Shown: positions 38,897 to 52,986, counted from the whole stretch's first letter. The stretch is DNA of 61,556 nucleotides, filler included, from Choristocarpus tenellus KU-1152 (GCA_964200185.2; 13 parts of 13 records of this genome joined end to end with filler, not necessarily neighbours in it), one strand, 5' to 3'. Made by a program: numbers and translations. Notes: a model not told the origin generated them from the letters alone.

Positions 38897-40437
38897 TTCA
38901 TGTGCCACAAACCCCAGTTTGGAATCATTTTTTTTGCTGAGCTTGATTGGGTGTAAAATTAGGCCACTGAGAATGTAAAAAAATAGTTAATGTTAAGAGT
39001 AATTCATGCTCTTACATGTGCTCCAACAAATAGTTGTGGGGGTTCAGTCCGACTCAGATCATCCCCATTGGTTTGAAGCTATTTGTGGGTATATGTTGGG
39101 CAAACCGATCCGAAAAATTTATGATAATGTAATGTTGGAACCTTTTTTGACCGAATCGAAAGTTTGTTTCTTTTCTGTTTTCTCAGGTTTCGCATACTCC
39201 ATAATAATAGTATGTGAGGGTGAACCTTTCCTGGTTCCGTGGTATTGGCAAGGGTGCACGAACCTGAAGCATTGGAATCTGACGTTAATCATCACTGATT
39301 TATGTTTCTTTTCGCCCTGATGTCTGATATCTGCTACGTTTTTGAAGTGCTTTCCCGACCAATACTACATTTTATTGATGTAGTTAGTCATTGCGAGTTT
39401 GAGGTTAGCTGCAAGCGAGCACTATGGGCGAGACCATTTACTGCATACTCAGGAATTCCACGCAGTATGTACATATGTCTGATCGTAGAGTGCTCATCTT
39501 GCGATTTTCTTGTTGGAGACTTTTTTGGCACAACTAGATGAATGTATTTCGTTCAGGTTGAAGAAATCTCGGTGGGGTTGTGAAGTGTGTTCAGATTGAG
39601 GCCTTGTCAAAGTGGTTTTCATTGAGTCCTTATCTCAGCCACCAAAGCAAATTGGCCACTTTCCCTCTTAGGACAACTCTACTGAACTTTGAGGCTACCA
39701 CGGACTGAGCAATAATGTGACATCAAGGGGCTGCTCTTATTTCCTTCACTTCCCCATCAAGTAGAAACCTGTGACCAACGCCCAAGGCGTTGAAAGGGAC
39801 CCGGCCTGGACAGAACTATCTGATAAGGGGAAGCACCTTTCTCTGTGCCTAGGTTACAACTGATGATGAGTTGTTCTCTCTCTTCTTTGTGTCATTCCTC
39901 CTCCCTGACAATAATGCCTATTTGAAAATTGTCAGTGACCACGTGGTACTATTATCAATAGTGCATAATATGTATGATGCTATTATATTATTAATAGGTA
40001 CTAGGGCTCTAGTTAGGGCTCTAGAAGAAGTAGTGGAGCTCTCATCATCTAGTAACTACTCATCACCAATAATAAAGTGTTTGAGATATGTTATTGTTGA
40101 GACCTTTTTTCGTGTGATTTCGGTCCTTTGGACGGCATCCATTTCTTCCATCACTTCCCTATCTCTTCTCATGATCGATGACACATCCCCTTAGGTTGCT
40201 CACCTTATTGCATAATTCGAAGCAGGTGATTAAAACATGATGCGATTCTGAGTAAAACTTACCAATAATATTTGTCTCTCTCGATGTTTTTAGTATATTG
40301 AAGTGGATGGATGGCTAAAATTTGGGAGGCATTTCAATGTCCCGTTAACAAATAACAGAATTGGGAAGGTTTCATTCACTACAAATCAATATTTTTCAAC
40401 GACTCAGACAATATCCCACACTGAAGACTCCAGCGCC

Positions 40438-42623
40438 ATGACCGATTCCAGAGGAAAGATACTGAAAGGGAGATGGCGTTTAGGTGAAATGATTGGGCGT
40501 GGGGCATGTGCCAAGGTGTACAGTGTAACCGACTTAAAGGCCGGCTCCAGCAGCTTGAAGTCAGAGCCGTTAGTAGCCAAAGTGTGCGAGGTTCCACAGG
40601 GACTTCCTCCGTCAATGGCGAGAGGAAAAAAGAGGAAGAAGACAGACGCAGAGAAAAACGCGGACATGTTGTACTATGAATACACTCTCTATAATGGATT
40701 CCTACGTCCCCATGAAGGGGTTCCAAAGGTCAGCCACGATATCACTGTATCTGGAAATATCTCGCAGACCTCTTCGTTTTGTTTAGAGTAGCTTTCATTG
40801 TGGGATACATCACTTGTCCCTTTGATAGCGCTGGCATTAATTCAACTTCTTCTGCTATTGTGGACACTTGAAGGTACCAGCTGGGGGCTATGGGGATGAC
40901 CATGGGTTACGATTCATGGTAATGACACGTCTTGGCCCCGACCTAGGCTCTACCCACACCCAATCGGACAGTTGGTCGATCGCAAAGACAGCTGGCTTTG
41001 CGCTGCAGATGCTCTCGCTCCTTCGATTTCTACACGAGCAATGCCGCATGGTCTTCGTAGACGTCAAGCCAGGTAAGGGCCCGATGTTGGAACTAAGCTG
41101 TGACCTTTCTATTCCACAGCAACGGCTTTTTTCTCATTGGCATCTTTCCAACCTCCTGATCCTAGAACCGCCCCTACTCTTCTGCCGACCCTTGTTCTTG
41201 CGCCGCAGAAAATTTCATGCTAGGGATGCCTGGTAGCTCGCAACAAGAGAAAGTATTCCTCGCTGACTTTGGTCTAAGTGAAAGGTGGGCGGCATTCACC
41301 TCTAACCCCATGAGCCCTCACTACGTCTGAGGCTTGTTGATCACTATATAACACTTGAGTTTTCCCTGGCTGAGGTTTGCAAGTTAAAGAGTAAAGATTG
41401 AGACTATCGCCATGTTGGGGCTTCTTTTAGTGCCCCCATCGCTTGTGCTCAGGACCTACAACGTACTCGCTCCTCAAGCTCTAGTCGTAGTAGTTGCAAG
41501 CTGTTTGTAGGCCTTTAAGGTTCAAACGCTGGCTGTATTCCAACAACACAAATAATTTATCGGCCACATTCGGCATGGCTAGTATCTCACTAAAATTTCC
41601 CAAGCATCCTGGATTCTATACATATGTGTCTACCTACAGCGTAAACACGGCATTGACTTCATGAGTGACTGTGACAGGTACACAGGGGCTGGTGGAGTGC
41701 ACAAGCCTCAGCGCCAGGGAAAGGAACCTGTGGGGACACCGGAGTTCTTATCTCTGTCTTGTCATGGGGGGGCAAGTGCAGGAAGGTGTGGGCATAGAAT
41801 GTTGCCTTGCAGTTTTCAAACAGCGGCTCTCAGTTTTTGATGACCTTGTAACTTTTAAGTATTAATCACCATGCCTGTTAGAGTCAGCAGACACTTTCTT
41901 CATCTTTCTCCTCTGCTTCTTCAGGGCAGCGTATTGACCCATGTTGTAGTTGGTTCGTTGTCATAATGGTGAATCATAGTGAGCGTTGAAGTCTAGGGGA
42001 ATGTCATCGGTTGGTCCTTCAAAAAAGACAAGTCTCCCTTCGAGAGCAGAAACGTACTTGATTTACTCTTCTGCGAATTTGGACTGATAATCTCATTGGG
42101 TAGTGTAGGCACAGGGATACATATGTGCTCTTGCCAGTAGAAAGTGATATTCTGATACCTGTAGAGCAATGCCTTACTTGCCAACCTCCTTGCTGCAAAA
42201 CGTACTCTTCGTGGAGTGTGTCGATTTTGAGAGGAGGGGCAACATTTCTGGTCCCAGCATCCCCTGGTGAAGCTTGTTTTCGTGTTCATTGTAAACCATA
42301 CTATACCAACAGAGTATCACTTACCCCCTGAGGACAAGAATTTCTTAGTGCCAAAGCTGGATCTTACTTACGTGCCTGAGTTCAATGTAATTCCTTGTGA
42401 CATGTCGTGTTCTGATATGTCGGTGCATTTTCAAGGTGCGATGATCTCGAGGCCTTGGGGTACGTGATCATCTCTTTCTTGCAGGGGGGGGGGTCGGCAC
42501 CCCTCCCATGGAGTGGCGCTCGAAATAATGCAGATGGGTTGTCAGTCAAGAGGGACACTTCTCTCGAGAAGTTGTGCCGAGAGCTTCCAGCACCCATCCT
42601 GGAGTACATGCGGCTTGCCAGGG
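40438..42623 (+). CDS. CK1-group (VRK/TTBK-like) Ser/Thr protein kinase, 3' end truncated by gap
   Basis: Exons 40438-40728, 40874-41072, 41209-41284, 41678-41785 and 42436->42623 splice in frame: IGRGACAKVY, LVAK, FMVMTRLGPDL, FVDVKPENFML, LADFGLS, GTPEFLSL, RCDDLEALGY, LPW (CK1-group hallmarks, no APE motif). Confidence 0.92.
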
Positions 42624-42723
42624 NNNNNNNNNNNNNNNNNNNNNNNNNNNNNNNNNNNNNNNNNNNNTTAATTAATTAANNNNNNNNNNNNNNNNNNNNN
42701 NNNNNNNNNNNNNNNNNNNNNNN

Positions 42724-42781
42724 ACATGAAAAAATTTACCCCAAATGGACAGCCGCCACCCCCTCCCAGATACTTTGAGCC
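42724..42781 (+). mobile_element. MITE subfamily B right end, truncated by gap
   Basis: acatgaaaaaatttaccccaaatggacagccgccaccccctcccagatactttgagcc. Confidence 0.85.
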
Positions 42782-43684
42782 ATTAATGCTAGAATGTGTC
42801 GTGGTTATCACTAAACAAAAATCAGTGGATATAATCCCCCCCTTTCTCGTTTAGGTCACCTACTACTTTCTGCAAAACCAGGCATAGATCCCTGGCATAG
42901 CCCACACAGCTCCTCCCCTGTCCCTTTCCTCCTTGTCTGATCCTACTGGAGTACTGCGGCTTCTAGCTGGTGGATGTTATTTTCTCCCCTCCCCCCAGCT
43001 CAGTCGGCTCTGGTTACCAAATCACACACAGCTGATCCTTTCCTCCTGGTGCTGCTGAACCACAGTGGTAACAAACTGATGATGCTTTCGCTTCTATTCC
43101 CCCTACTCGTGCTACCCTTCCACAGCTCTGCACGTTTGAGAGGTGTGCAGCTCCTCAATCATAGTTGTTGATCGTCGGCATTAGCCCACTACACAGCAAC
43201 TTGTAAATGCACACTACAGCAGCCATGGTCAATGTACTGCTACAAACCTCTATAGACTATCCTTGAAGAGTTCGAATAGTTAGAGAGTGAGCCAACGAGC
43301 CCATTCGGTCTCATACCATAGACAACCTCAAGAAAGAAAAACTAATGCCAGCACTAATTTCGTATTTTTGATAACCTCAATCTGATCCACAACACCCCAA
43401 AGTCCAGAATGCTAACAATTGGAAGTAGTCGGTAGGTATTTCCGAATTGCCCCTAACATTCCTTTGTCTCTTCACATGATCTTCAGACATTCACCGCTCT
43501 CATAGATACATTCACGCCTTACCTTTTTTAAAAGGATCGGGGATGGGGGAGCTGATGAGATCTGGTATCCGAACCATCAGTATCTAACTCTCATCTATGG
43601 GCTAATCCCCTCCATACGCCGCATGTACAGGGGTCCCTTCTCAGGAGCCACAATTTAAATTTTTTTCCATTTTCACACGCATTT

Positions 43685-43882
43685 TCGAAACCCTAACCCT
43701 AGCCATAATTTGTTTGAAAAAATTATCTTTAACTACCAAAGAAACATTCTGGGAGAAGTTTCACACTATGGTGCAGAAGTATAGTGTGCGCTGAGGAACC
43801 ACCACATTTGAAGGATCCACCACTACTGTCATTTCTTCTCTATTCTGCATGCATGTTGTCGAAACCCTAACCCTAACCCTAA
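43685..43882. repeat. Two short interstitial telomere-like (CCCTAA)n tracts, each preceded by tcgaaa
   Basis: tcgaaaccctaaccctag at 43685; tcgaaaccctaaccctaaccctaa at 43859. Confidence 0.6.
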
Positions 43883-45419
43883 TCTTTACCCTGATCTCTG
43901 TGCAAAAAAAAAACTAACCTTCGATTGTGAAAAAAGTATAACAGCAATGGATCCCCAAGACAGGGCTTCCCCTGTGCACTCCTATGCTCTCCAGATTCCC
44001 TCCCCGACGACATATTGGTTCCTTCAACCCTCCAGCCTGCTGATTCTTACTGGTTGTAGAGTATCAAGTTCCAGTAAATTCTTCATGACCACACTGTGAC
44101 TTCTTCAGCCAATAATAGCACCTCACACAATCCTATGTAAAGTCTCAAGAATTCAGTTGGATCGTAAACACTGTAACCACAGTCGATCTGTAGCACTGAA
44201 AGAACTCTCCCCTCCATACGTAGGCTTAAGGTATATGCTGGAGTACCGGATAGCTTGATTAGTCTTCGAGAGTGAGACTCTGGTGTTATGGTCTCAGTCA
44301 GACCAGACAAAATCACCAAAACAAGATAATGTCAATGCCATCATTGCATAGACATTGAAAACATCGATCTGACACTACCCAACAGGATTTTTTCGGTTAC
44401 AGGGGTTCTCTCAACATGTTTATCTGAGCACTACAAAAATAGTTCTATAGACCGATATAGAATCCTGTAGACATAGGACAAACCATTGAGAAAAGGTGCA
44501 AAGCGAGGTACCGTACTCTGAGAAGAGGATTGGATGATTGAATGCAATGAAGTATGAATCAATGCTGATGTGATTAATCAAACATAGTGCTGTGAAAAGA
44601 TGTTTGCTGCCTTGTGAAAAGGTAAATTTGAGGATATTTATTAGTTTGAGTAAAATATTATTATGAAGTGTTAATGTGTACACGAAGGCCAGAGTGGAGA
44701 AAAACATTTTCAGCAGATGGATCGACGTCATATTGTATAGGAAACACCCATCCTCCCTATCTACGAATAGCACTAACTCGCATTCATGAGTTACGCAGTC
44801 CTAGAGATATTTTACGATGCTTGTGTGGTTGATCGTGTCCCTCCTTCTTTGTTCCTTGCTCTCTCCCCCAAACAGCTTCAAGAAGAAAAAAAGGAAAATA
44901 TCAAAATAATTTTCGGTTCGATTAACTGCGATTCAATCGATTCAACGCACACACATCACTGTTTTGAATAGTTATGAGATAATTTTTTTCCTCCATTCCA
45001 CACACACTGCTGCTTTGAAAAGTAGTAGGATAAGACTTTTCCTCCAGTAGTCCAGAGTCCATGCTTCACATTATAAGATATTACCACAGGTTATAGTTAA
45101 GATGAACAGGTTGAAAAAGAACCCAAGCGATGTGATAATATCCAGATCCATACATATTCACAATAGAAATGGACTATATGTGTAAGGTGAGAACCCTACC
45201 TTCAAAACAGAAAGTAGAATATTTTCATGTATATTGGTATGGAAATGATATACATGGGTCGCATAGGCTCAGTCACAACGCAAGTAGCCCTATCTAGACA
45301 TCTCATGAATTTTTAAGCTGGAGACACCAGGGAGATGGGCAAGGAGGGACTTACTAGATTCTTGGGATGTTTCCCTACCTCCTCACCCTGGGGTGCAGGA
45401 ATAGCTAGGTTGGAGACAC

Positions 45420-46870
45420 AGGAAGGCAGTGGTACAGTATAACTGGTAGTAAAATAACAAATAGATTCATGCTTTTCACATTTGTAACAATTGTGACCTT
45501 TCTTGGATTTTTCTGACATGAGAATAGTTTTCAATGGTTTTTCCCTGACAAATATCTCCAAAATGTCAAAGATATAATAGTATTATATACATGGATCTTG
45601 TTTGATTTTTTTGAACTAATTTCTCGTGTATCAGTCTTTCCGCCAACTCCGATTGGTTGTTCCAATTGACCTTTGTCGTGTGACGCTAGCTCCTGTTGGG
45701 TTATATTATAGCAGATACCACAACCTTTGCGACAGAGATTTGTTCTTAAAACCAAAAGGAAGAGTCTTTCCACTCTCTGTTCAATATTTTTATGTAGCTG
45801 AGAGAGTCCACTTTTAATGAGGATGGCAGGAGCGACTTTCAGTCCCTTTGCCATACTCTCCTCTCCTTGACCTAATTTGTTATCTTTTTATGACTGTGTT
45901 CAGGGTTCAGCTTTATCCGTTCCACTTCAGGAGGGCTACGTCGCCCCATGAAGCCTGGAGGAAGGGGACGGTGTAGCATAACTGGTAGTAAAATATCGAT
46001 CCCTTTGTCATACTCTCCTCTCCTTGATCTATTTTGTTATCTTTGTATGACTGTATTCAGGGTTCAGCTTTATCCGTTCCACTTCAGGAGGTTTATGTCG
46101 CCCCATCCATGAAGCCTGGAGGAAGGGGACGGTGTAGCATAACTGGTAGTAGAATATCGAATAGATAATGTTTTTCAAATATTCGAGAAATGTTACTTTT
46201 TTAGGGTTTATTCTGACATGTGAATAGTTTTTGTTGACCTTTCCCCTCACACATCTTCAAAATGTCAGAGGGTATAATAGTATAAATATCCCCACGGCAT
46301 CCTCTTTTTCCCACCCTCTCTCACCATTTACATGTTATACTATTATACTTGGTGACATTTTGCAGATTTGTCAAGGGAAAAACCATTTATATTGTTTGTT
46401 GTGATCTTGAACCTCAAAACTTAGGTCTCTAAAAAAGAGTTCGTTGTTTCAAATGCATAATTTCTTTTAACGGTATATGTATAAACTGTTTGTTTAAATA
46501 AATAGCGTACACGTCTACACCTCAAAAATCAGGAATTTTATTCATAACAGTGCTTGATAGCGACTATGAACCCAAAAGATGACAATGGTTGTTTCTACAT
46601 TTTTGTTCGATATTTTTCCGTGAATTGTGTGCATATTATGACGCCCTCTAACATGGATAAACAATTATGATACATACATATATATATATATATATATATT
46701 TATTATTATGCATTCTGATATTTTCCAGATGTGTGAAGGGAAAAATCAACAATAACTACTAATATGTCAGAATAAACTCTAAAAAAGTAATAGTTGCCAT
46801 AAATGTGAAAAATATTCATTTTTTTGCTATTTTACCACTACCAATTATGCTACACCATTCCCTTCCTCTG
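45420..46870. repeat. Cluster of four family D copies in nested inverted arrangement
   Basis: Copies 45420-45590 and 46120-46285 point right; 46333-46385 and 46690-46870 point left; shared tattat..ccctctgacattttgcagatgtgt..ggg(g)aaaa head and tactaccagttatgctacacc body. Confidence 0.7.
45844..46160. repeat. 157-bp tandem duplication
   Basis: ccctttg(c/t)catactctcctctccttga...ggtgtagcataactggtagta(a/g)aatatcga at 45844 and 46001. Confidence 0.9.
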
Positions 46871-46991
46871 CCTCTATTTGATTCTGTTATGTTATGCGTC
46901 TCTTTTGGTTTATATGACCAATGGTTTTGGTTGGGGTTGGGACGCCATGAGCTACACTAGCAGTCAAATTATGTGGAGAAGAATATTTCTG

Positions 46992-47250
46992 ATAATAGTA
47001 GTTTTAGTATAGATGTTTACAAATATCAGTTTCTCTCAACAATAATACAGGAACCAAGTATTGGGGTCTTTTTACGTTATGGAGATATGATTTGGTGTCC
47101 CACAAGAGCCACCTATGATATTCCTACTCCAATCTTTCTTTAAATAGTATGTTTAGTATAGTTGTATACAAATGTCAGTTTCTCTCAACAATACAGGAAC
47201 CAAGTATGTGGGGGTTATTTTAATGTTATGTGGAAATACGGTGTCCACAA
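46992..47250. repeat. ~150-bp-period diverged tandem duplication
   Basis: atagta..tttagtatag.tgt.tacaaat.tcagtttctctcaacaata..caggaaccaagtat..ggtgtcc twice. Confidence 0.75.
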
Positions 47251-48446
47251 CCGACAAGAACCATCTATAATTACTGCAATACACATCCACTCACACCCCT
47301 TTCGTTGCTGGTGTACTTGCCTCTTCCCCTTTGTATCTGGTGATGATTCCCTAGTGATGAAAACGAGGAGAAGGAACAGTACTACGGCATATTTTCTGAA
47401 GTACTGCTTGTTCTAAACTCAAAAACACGACCAATATCTCACCATTATACCAACGTAGAACAATCTGCGAATCCAGTCTCCTAATGAAGTGTATAAAACT
47501 CCATACATCTATCGACTCATTCACACATAGTCCCTCAAGATCGACACTTTCCAGGTATCCCACCTATCTGCCGGAGATTTTCACGATACAGTTCCCACAG
47601 TAGTTTCACAGCACAAGTAGTATTTTGAACTTGATGTTGATGAGATTCTAGTGAGGTCTTTGCAGCATTGGGCCGGGATCTTGCTTGCACACTTGGTTCT
47701 GAAACTGACGGCTGCCTTCTTCACTGCTCTACCACAGTACGTGAGGTAACAATCACTAACACACTACAGCTCATCATGCGAAGGGATGATATCGAAAGTG
47801 GTGTCGCAAATGTGCCCATGGAGGGACTGGCGTATCGAAGAGCTGTTCCATATGGTCGATCACACAAAAACGGAGGACATGATAACGCAGTAAGACCAAC
47901 TGTCCTCAACTGGCGATTTAATCTGACCGAGAACAGAACAGACTTTCTTCAGGAGTTCATTGCTGGGGTGTTGGGCTGGCTCTCTGTGACAACTTTCCTC
48001 CCTATTTGTGAGTGCGAATATGATTGTAACCTAATGCTTTCTCTCATTGCGGCAGAGCAACGCAGCAAAACTGGTATCTGTTTGCTGAAACGCATTGGAA
48101 TAATGAGGAATGGTCGAAGTAGAGGGGAAGACTGTTAGAGGGATATGATACGCATATGTAATTATCACACCAGACACTGTTTCAATTTCGTTCGATCACT
48201 GCCCGTTGCCTTATCTCACCATGAACATCAAACATCCTCTCATACTAGGGTTGCAGACTAGCCAAAGATTAACTCTGTACACGCGAACTCAACTAAATCG
48301 GTGTGTTGCCATGAACATAGTCCCTTGTGTCAGCACCGGCTATATCTGCATATGATCCTCACTAGCCCCGTCCTTGATATGATAGGCTGGGAATAGAGTG
48401 AGGAACATGGCAAGATCCACTATAAGCTAGGGTGATCGTGCCTTCC

Positions 48447-48469
48447 GGGTCAAAGTATCTTGGGGGGGG
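48447..48469 (+). mobile_element. MITE terminus (B/C type), truncated by gap
   Basis: gggtcaaagtatcttgggggggg. Confidence 0.7.
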
Positions 48470-48569
48470 NNNNNNNNNNNNNNNNNNNNNNNNNNNNNNN
48501 NNNNNNNNNNNNNTTAATTAATTAANNNNNNNNNNNNNNNNNNNNNNNNNNNNNNNNNNNNNNNNNNNN

Positions 48570-48648
48570 GTCCGAAAAAAAAAGAGTCGTTTAACCGAAA
48601 CGGCCGCCCCCTCACAAATCACCCCCCCCCGCGCAGATACTTTGACCC
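48570..48648 (-). mobile_element. MITE subfamily C end, truncated by gap
   Basis: cgaaacggccgccccctcacaaatc-polyC-gcgcagatactttgaccc; reverse complement matches 52808-52862. Confidence 0.75.
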
Positions 48649-50503
48649 TATTTCTCAAACTTTGGATTGGGCAGACAGGAGATGGAGATGATGGTACATA
48701 CGCACCTCCCAACATACAGGGTTGTTATGGAACTAACAAACAGCAGGCATCATCATCACCGCTGAGTTGAAGTAGGTGCACACCTTAAAATACTAACAAA
48801 GTGCGCATACCCGCACGACACGGCGCCAGATTGGGTCTCGTTTCAACCAACTCCCCACCAGAACTACACTATGCATCAAGCGAAAATTCCGCTTTTTTTG
48901 TTCCCTCTTACTGAGTCTAATGGTCAAAGCGATTCGATTTCTAGAGTTAATGTTACTCTGGGTTTCATTGAGAGACTCCGAGTTGAAAATATGCTGTTTT
49001 GCTAGTAGTGTTCGAGCAGGACTGCACATCAGGAGGGAAAGAAAGAATATCAGAGGGGGTATGTGTGTGTGGTTTGAGCCTGGGAGAAAAAAGGAGAAGC
49101 TCGGCCAGGAGCTAGCAGTCATGGTGCCTAGCGACACGAGGAGAAAAGGCACAGAGGGAGTTATGAGTGAGTAGCACGGATGAGCTGTGTCTGGGTAGAA
49201 GGGATGGTTGTGTGTGGGTGTGTGTAAACCTGTCTGTACAATATTTGATTTTGCACCGTCTATGAGTAACTTTGACCTTCTAATTATCAAACAAAATTTT
49301 CTGAACTTCTATTAGTAGTTGTTGTAGTAAGGAAAGATGTTCTAGCACACAGAATAAAACCTAATCTCCTTTTCTGTCTAATCATCCCGATAATAATAAT
49401 ATAGAAAGCGAAGTGGTGTATTAAGATAATTATATATATCCACCCGTCAAGGTGTGTTGAAAGGTACACAATATTGGATTCTTTCCAAATCCAAGTAAGT
49501 AGTTCACACTAAATACTAATTTCATAATTTAACATCAAAATCTATCTAATTCAAACACTTAATTAGTAGTGACATTCTCACATAATCACATTGTGGACTT
49601 CTGTAAAACTAAACATCTTCACTATCACAAACATAAGTTGAAGATCATTGTTTCAATTTTTCAAAAAATGTACTTCCCACTCCACAATCAACAGAGTCTA
49701 CACACATACAATAGAGAATCTGTCATGAACAGTCATATCTCTATAGTGTTATGTACTCTATCTCCACATATTTAAGTACTTAAATTCTAAACATTACTGG
49801 TATGTATATTATTTATCGTTTCATTATCAATTCTTCATCTCCTTCCTTCTATGCCTCAGACAAATTAGAAGAATATATATACTCTATATATCAACTACTA
49901 CAAAGTAATCTGTCTGTAACAAGAAAAGTTTGTTGTATCCAGATGATCAATTGATGAGGATTTAAGAAAAGAACCAAAATAGAAAATAAAGAAAAACTTA
50001 CTACAAATCTTTAGAAACGCCTTCCAGTATTTTTTAAACAATTAAAATCTATATATAATAATGATGATGTTGCTCTACAGATCCTTATACAAGCATGTCC
50101 ACTAGCAAAGATTCTGTGACCAATGGAATTTTACAACAAATGAACAATGGAATTTTACTACCGATCGTTGCTCTTAGTTCCCTTGTCTTTGAATCTGTTC
50201 TTTCCTAGAACATTCTGGTGAGAAATTTAGGGTGACAACTTAAGGCACAAAACGTGGTCGAAAAAGGGGTGTGTGTACCAAGGTTGGGACTGCTGTAAGA
50301 GTGGCTAGGTCAAGGGGCGTGAATATGAACACTGCTCTTCGGGGTCATGTGTACCCCCCGCCTCAATCATACCCTTATCATTGGTCAATTCGTTTCCACA
50401 GGGAGGCGTGCCGACCTCCAACGTCACGGTCAGGGAGTAGCACCTTAGACAGCACATTAAGTCCCGATAGACAGGTTGAAGATAGTGCTCGCACGCTTGT
50501 GAA

Positions 50504-51269
50504 CATGTCGTCGTCTTCGCGTTCAGGATCTGGATCCTTCGGGGGTAGCTCGGATAACTTCCGGGCATTTCTCAAGAGTGGAGGTGAACCCTTGGACCTT
50601 CCAGCAGTGGCCGCTACGATGCCAACTCGACCTCCAACATGGCGAGGTGCTAGAAATACATCTCGCCATTTCTCCAACTATGGGGAATGGGGGGAAGATT
50701 TTCGTCCCTACAAGCAGTCTTTTATAGGACTGGATCCTAACGACCCAGGCTGGAACCCGGACAGTCAATCGCCTTTTCGGGCAGAGGTACAGACATTTCC
50801 TTCACAGGGTGGGTACTCTGAAAGGGAGAGGGAGTCCGTGGATGCGTATAACGGATGGACGACCGAGTATTCCCGTATAGAAAGTGTTGAAGCACCCCCT
50901 GGGCAGTACTATATGCAACAATCGGGTGAACTCGGGCCGTGTAGAAGGGAGGAGTCTGAGCATCCTAGGTACGATGACCTCGCCAAGATGATTCCAGGGC
51001 TATCAGACATTCTTCAGGGAAACTCGTCAGGAACTGGCTTAGGCCAAGGAGGTGCGTTGTCGAGTGGGTGGGTGGGAGGTGAAGTCGGTGATAGGGGAAA
51101 TGGGTCAACCGATAAAGAAGGAAGGGAAAATGCTGAGGCTGGGGAACAAAATATTCCTGCGAATGAGGCAAGAAAGGTGGACGATCCAAGGGTGACCCCA
51201 GCATCGCACAACAACCGGGATAGAGATTCCATGACTTGGGAGCAGAGAGAAGCTTATGAACATCGTCAG
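50504..51269 (+). CDS. First coding exon of an uncharacterised, largely disordered protein
   Basis: Long CpG-rich ORF from ATG MSSSSRSGSGSF to a donor cag|gtacga at 51269/51270; no recognisable domain. Confidence 0.55.
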
Positions 51270-52807
51270 GTACGATCCACTACCCCCTCACCACCTGCGT
51301 GATTTCGTGGTCAAGGTGTGTACGACGTATGGTTCAGCGTCTCTGCCTTGATCCCAGAATACCCTTGTTATTAAGCAATGCATGCTCAAGGTTCTTGCTT
51401 CCCACATTACGTCACCCATAATGCCTGTTTCTAATGTTCTTGTGCTATGAAGTACGGGGTGATGAGAAAGTAATTAATCTGGTGACAATTTTTTTTTCTG
51501 GTACTTTACAGCTTACACTCTGTACATTGTGTTACAACAACGAAACCAACATGAAATATACAGATTTCGGTGTGTGAAACAACAGATCCAGACCATTTGT
51601 TGCAAACAGATCTTTCCTCACTAAATTAACCAAGGGTAAGTCGATACTGCCAGAGTATTTTCTGTGTTTAATTGCTGACTATTGATAATAGATACAATTT
51701 TGGTGTTGCTTTATTTCTGGCAGTGGCGAGGTGACCCAAAAACCAAGATGTTGGATGGCAAATTTACGTAACAACTTGTAATACAGTTTAGTGTGAAACT
51801 CATGAATACTATACACTCAGGTTGAACACAAGCATACACTGTGGAAAAAGACACCAGCACGAAATTATTGCATCAAGAGCAGAGCACATTTAAACACTCC
51901 AATGAGATGCAATGGTAACATGGTTTCGTTCTGTAAATACCCAGAGTTAGAGGGTACGAACCTTGCCCTTGTCCTCAGCCCTGCTAATCAAGGTTTGCAC
52001 AGACTGAATTTTTATCCCCTGCGACTAAGAGAAGTTGGCCCTTCTCAAAAACCTACGTCTCAGTGCATCGAGGGAGGCCTGCAGTGACTCTGCCCAGCTC
52101 TGCTGCCTCCGACCCTTATGATACCAACCTAACTTACCTGCCTTGCCTTTTTTTTTGTGGTGCTGTTGTAGTATATTATATTACCTGTTTTGGACGTCCA
52201 AAATTTTTGTGTCAATAGAATTAACAAATGGTTTGTAAGAGGTTAAGAGTTACAGGAAGTTGAGGTACATTTTTTAAGTGTCTTAACAAACATCGAACTC
52301 TTCTGGGAAGCTGTGTTGAGTGAAGGTAGTATAGGTGCTGTGGGGCTCTATTTAAAATGACATCCTTTCAATAAAAGTTGGGTGCTCAAGTCAAGCAGAT
52401 GTTGTTATCGCAAGTGTGTAGTGAGGAAGGGGGGGGGGACAGAGAATACCAGTCATTTCGTGTGACTGCCCCGTGCACCAAATTGGAACATAAAAACATC
52501 TAGTGACCCTGAATTCAGATCCAGGTTCAGTCGAAAATATTGGGATCTGAGCCAGCCCATGGACTGAGCCATAGAAATTTGTTGACAGCTGTGAGCAGAC
52601 CCTGTGAGAAGTATTTCACACATGCTTGGAGCAGTCTGCTGACTGGAGTGTAATAAAATGTTGGTGGGCCTGGACAAGACTTTTCCAGGAAGTACCAGAA
52701 CTCGGCCAGTTTGCAGACCAAAACCTTCATATTTAGCAGCCTGATAAAATAGGCTCTGGCGAATACCTATCTTATGGTTGAACTTGTGCAACTGACTGGT
52801 GCAAGAA

Positions 52808-52862
52808 GGGTCAAAGTATCTGGGGGGGGGGGGGGGGGATTTGTGGGGGGGGGTCCGTTTCG
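52808..52862 (+). mobile_element. MITE subfamily C end, truncated by gap
   Basis: gggtcaaagtatct-polyG-atttgtggggggggtccgtttcg. Confidence 0.75.
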
Positions 52863-52962
52863 NNNNNNNNNNNNNNNNNNNNNNNNNNNNNNNNNNNNNN
52901 NNNNNNTTAATTAATTAANNNNNNNNNNNNNNNNNNNNNNNNNNNNNNNNNNNNNNNNNNNN

Positions 52963-52986
52963 CCCCCCCCCCAGATACTTTGACCC
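52963..52986 (-). mobile_element. MITE terminus (B/C type), truncated by gap
   Basis: polyC-agatactttgaccc. Confidence 0.7.

Noticed and set aside
47351-48138. 156-aa and 70-aa ORFs
   Set aside because: No motifs, non-ATG starts, no supporting exon structure.
51947-51975. ttagagggtacgaaccttgcccttgtcc resembles the MITE-A left subterminus
   Set aside because: Only 13 bp exact, no terminal 14-mer or second end; could be a small exon or chance.
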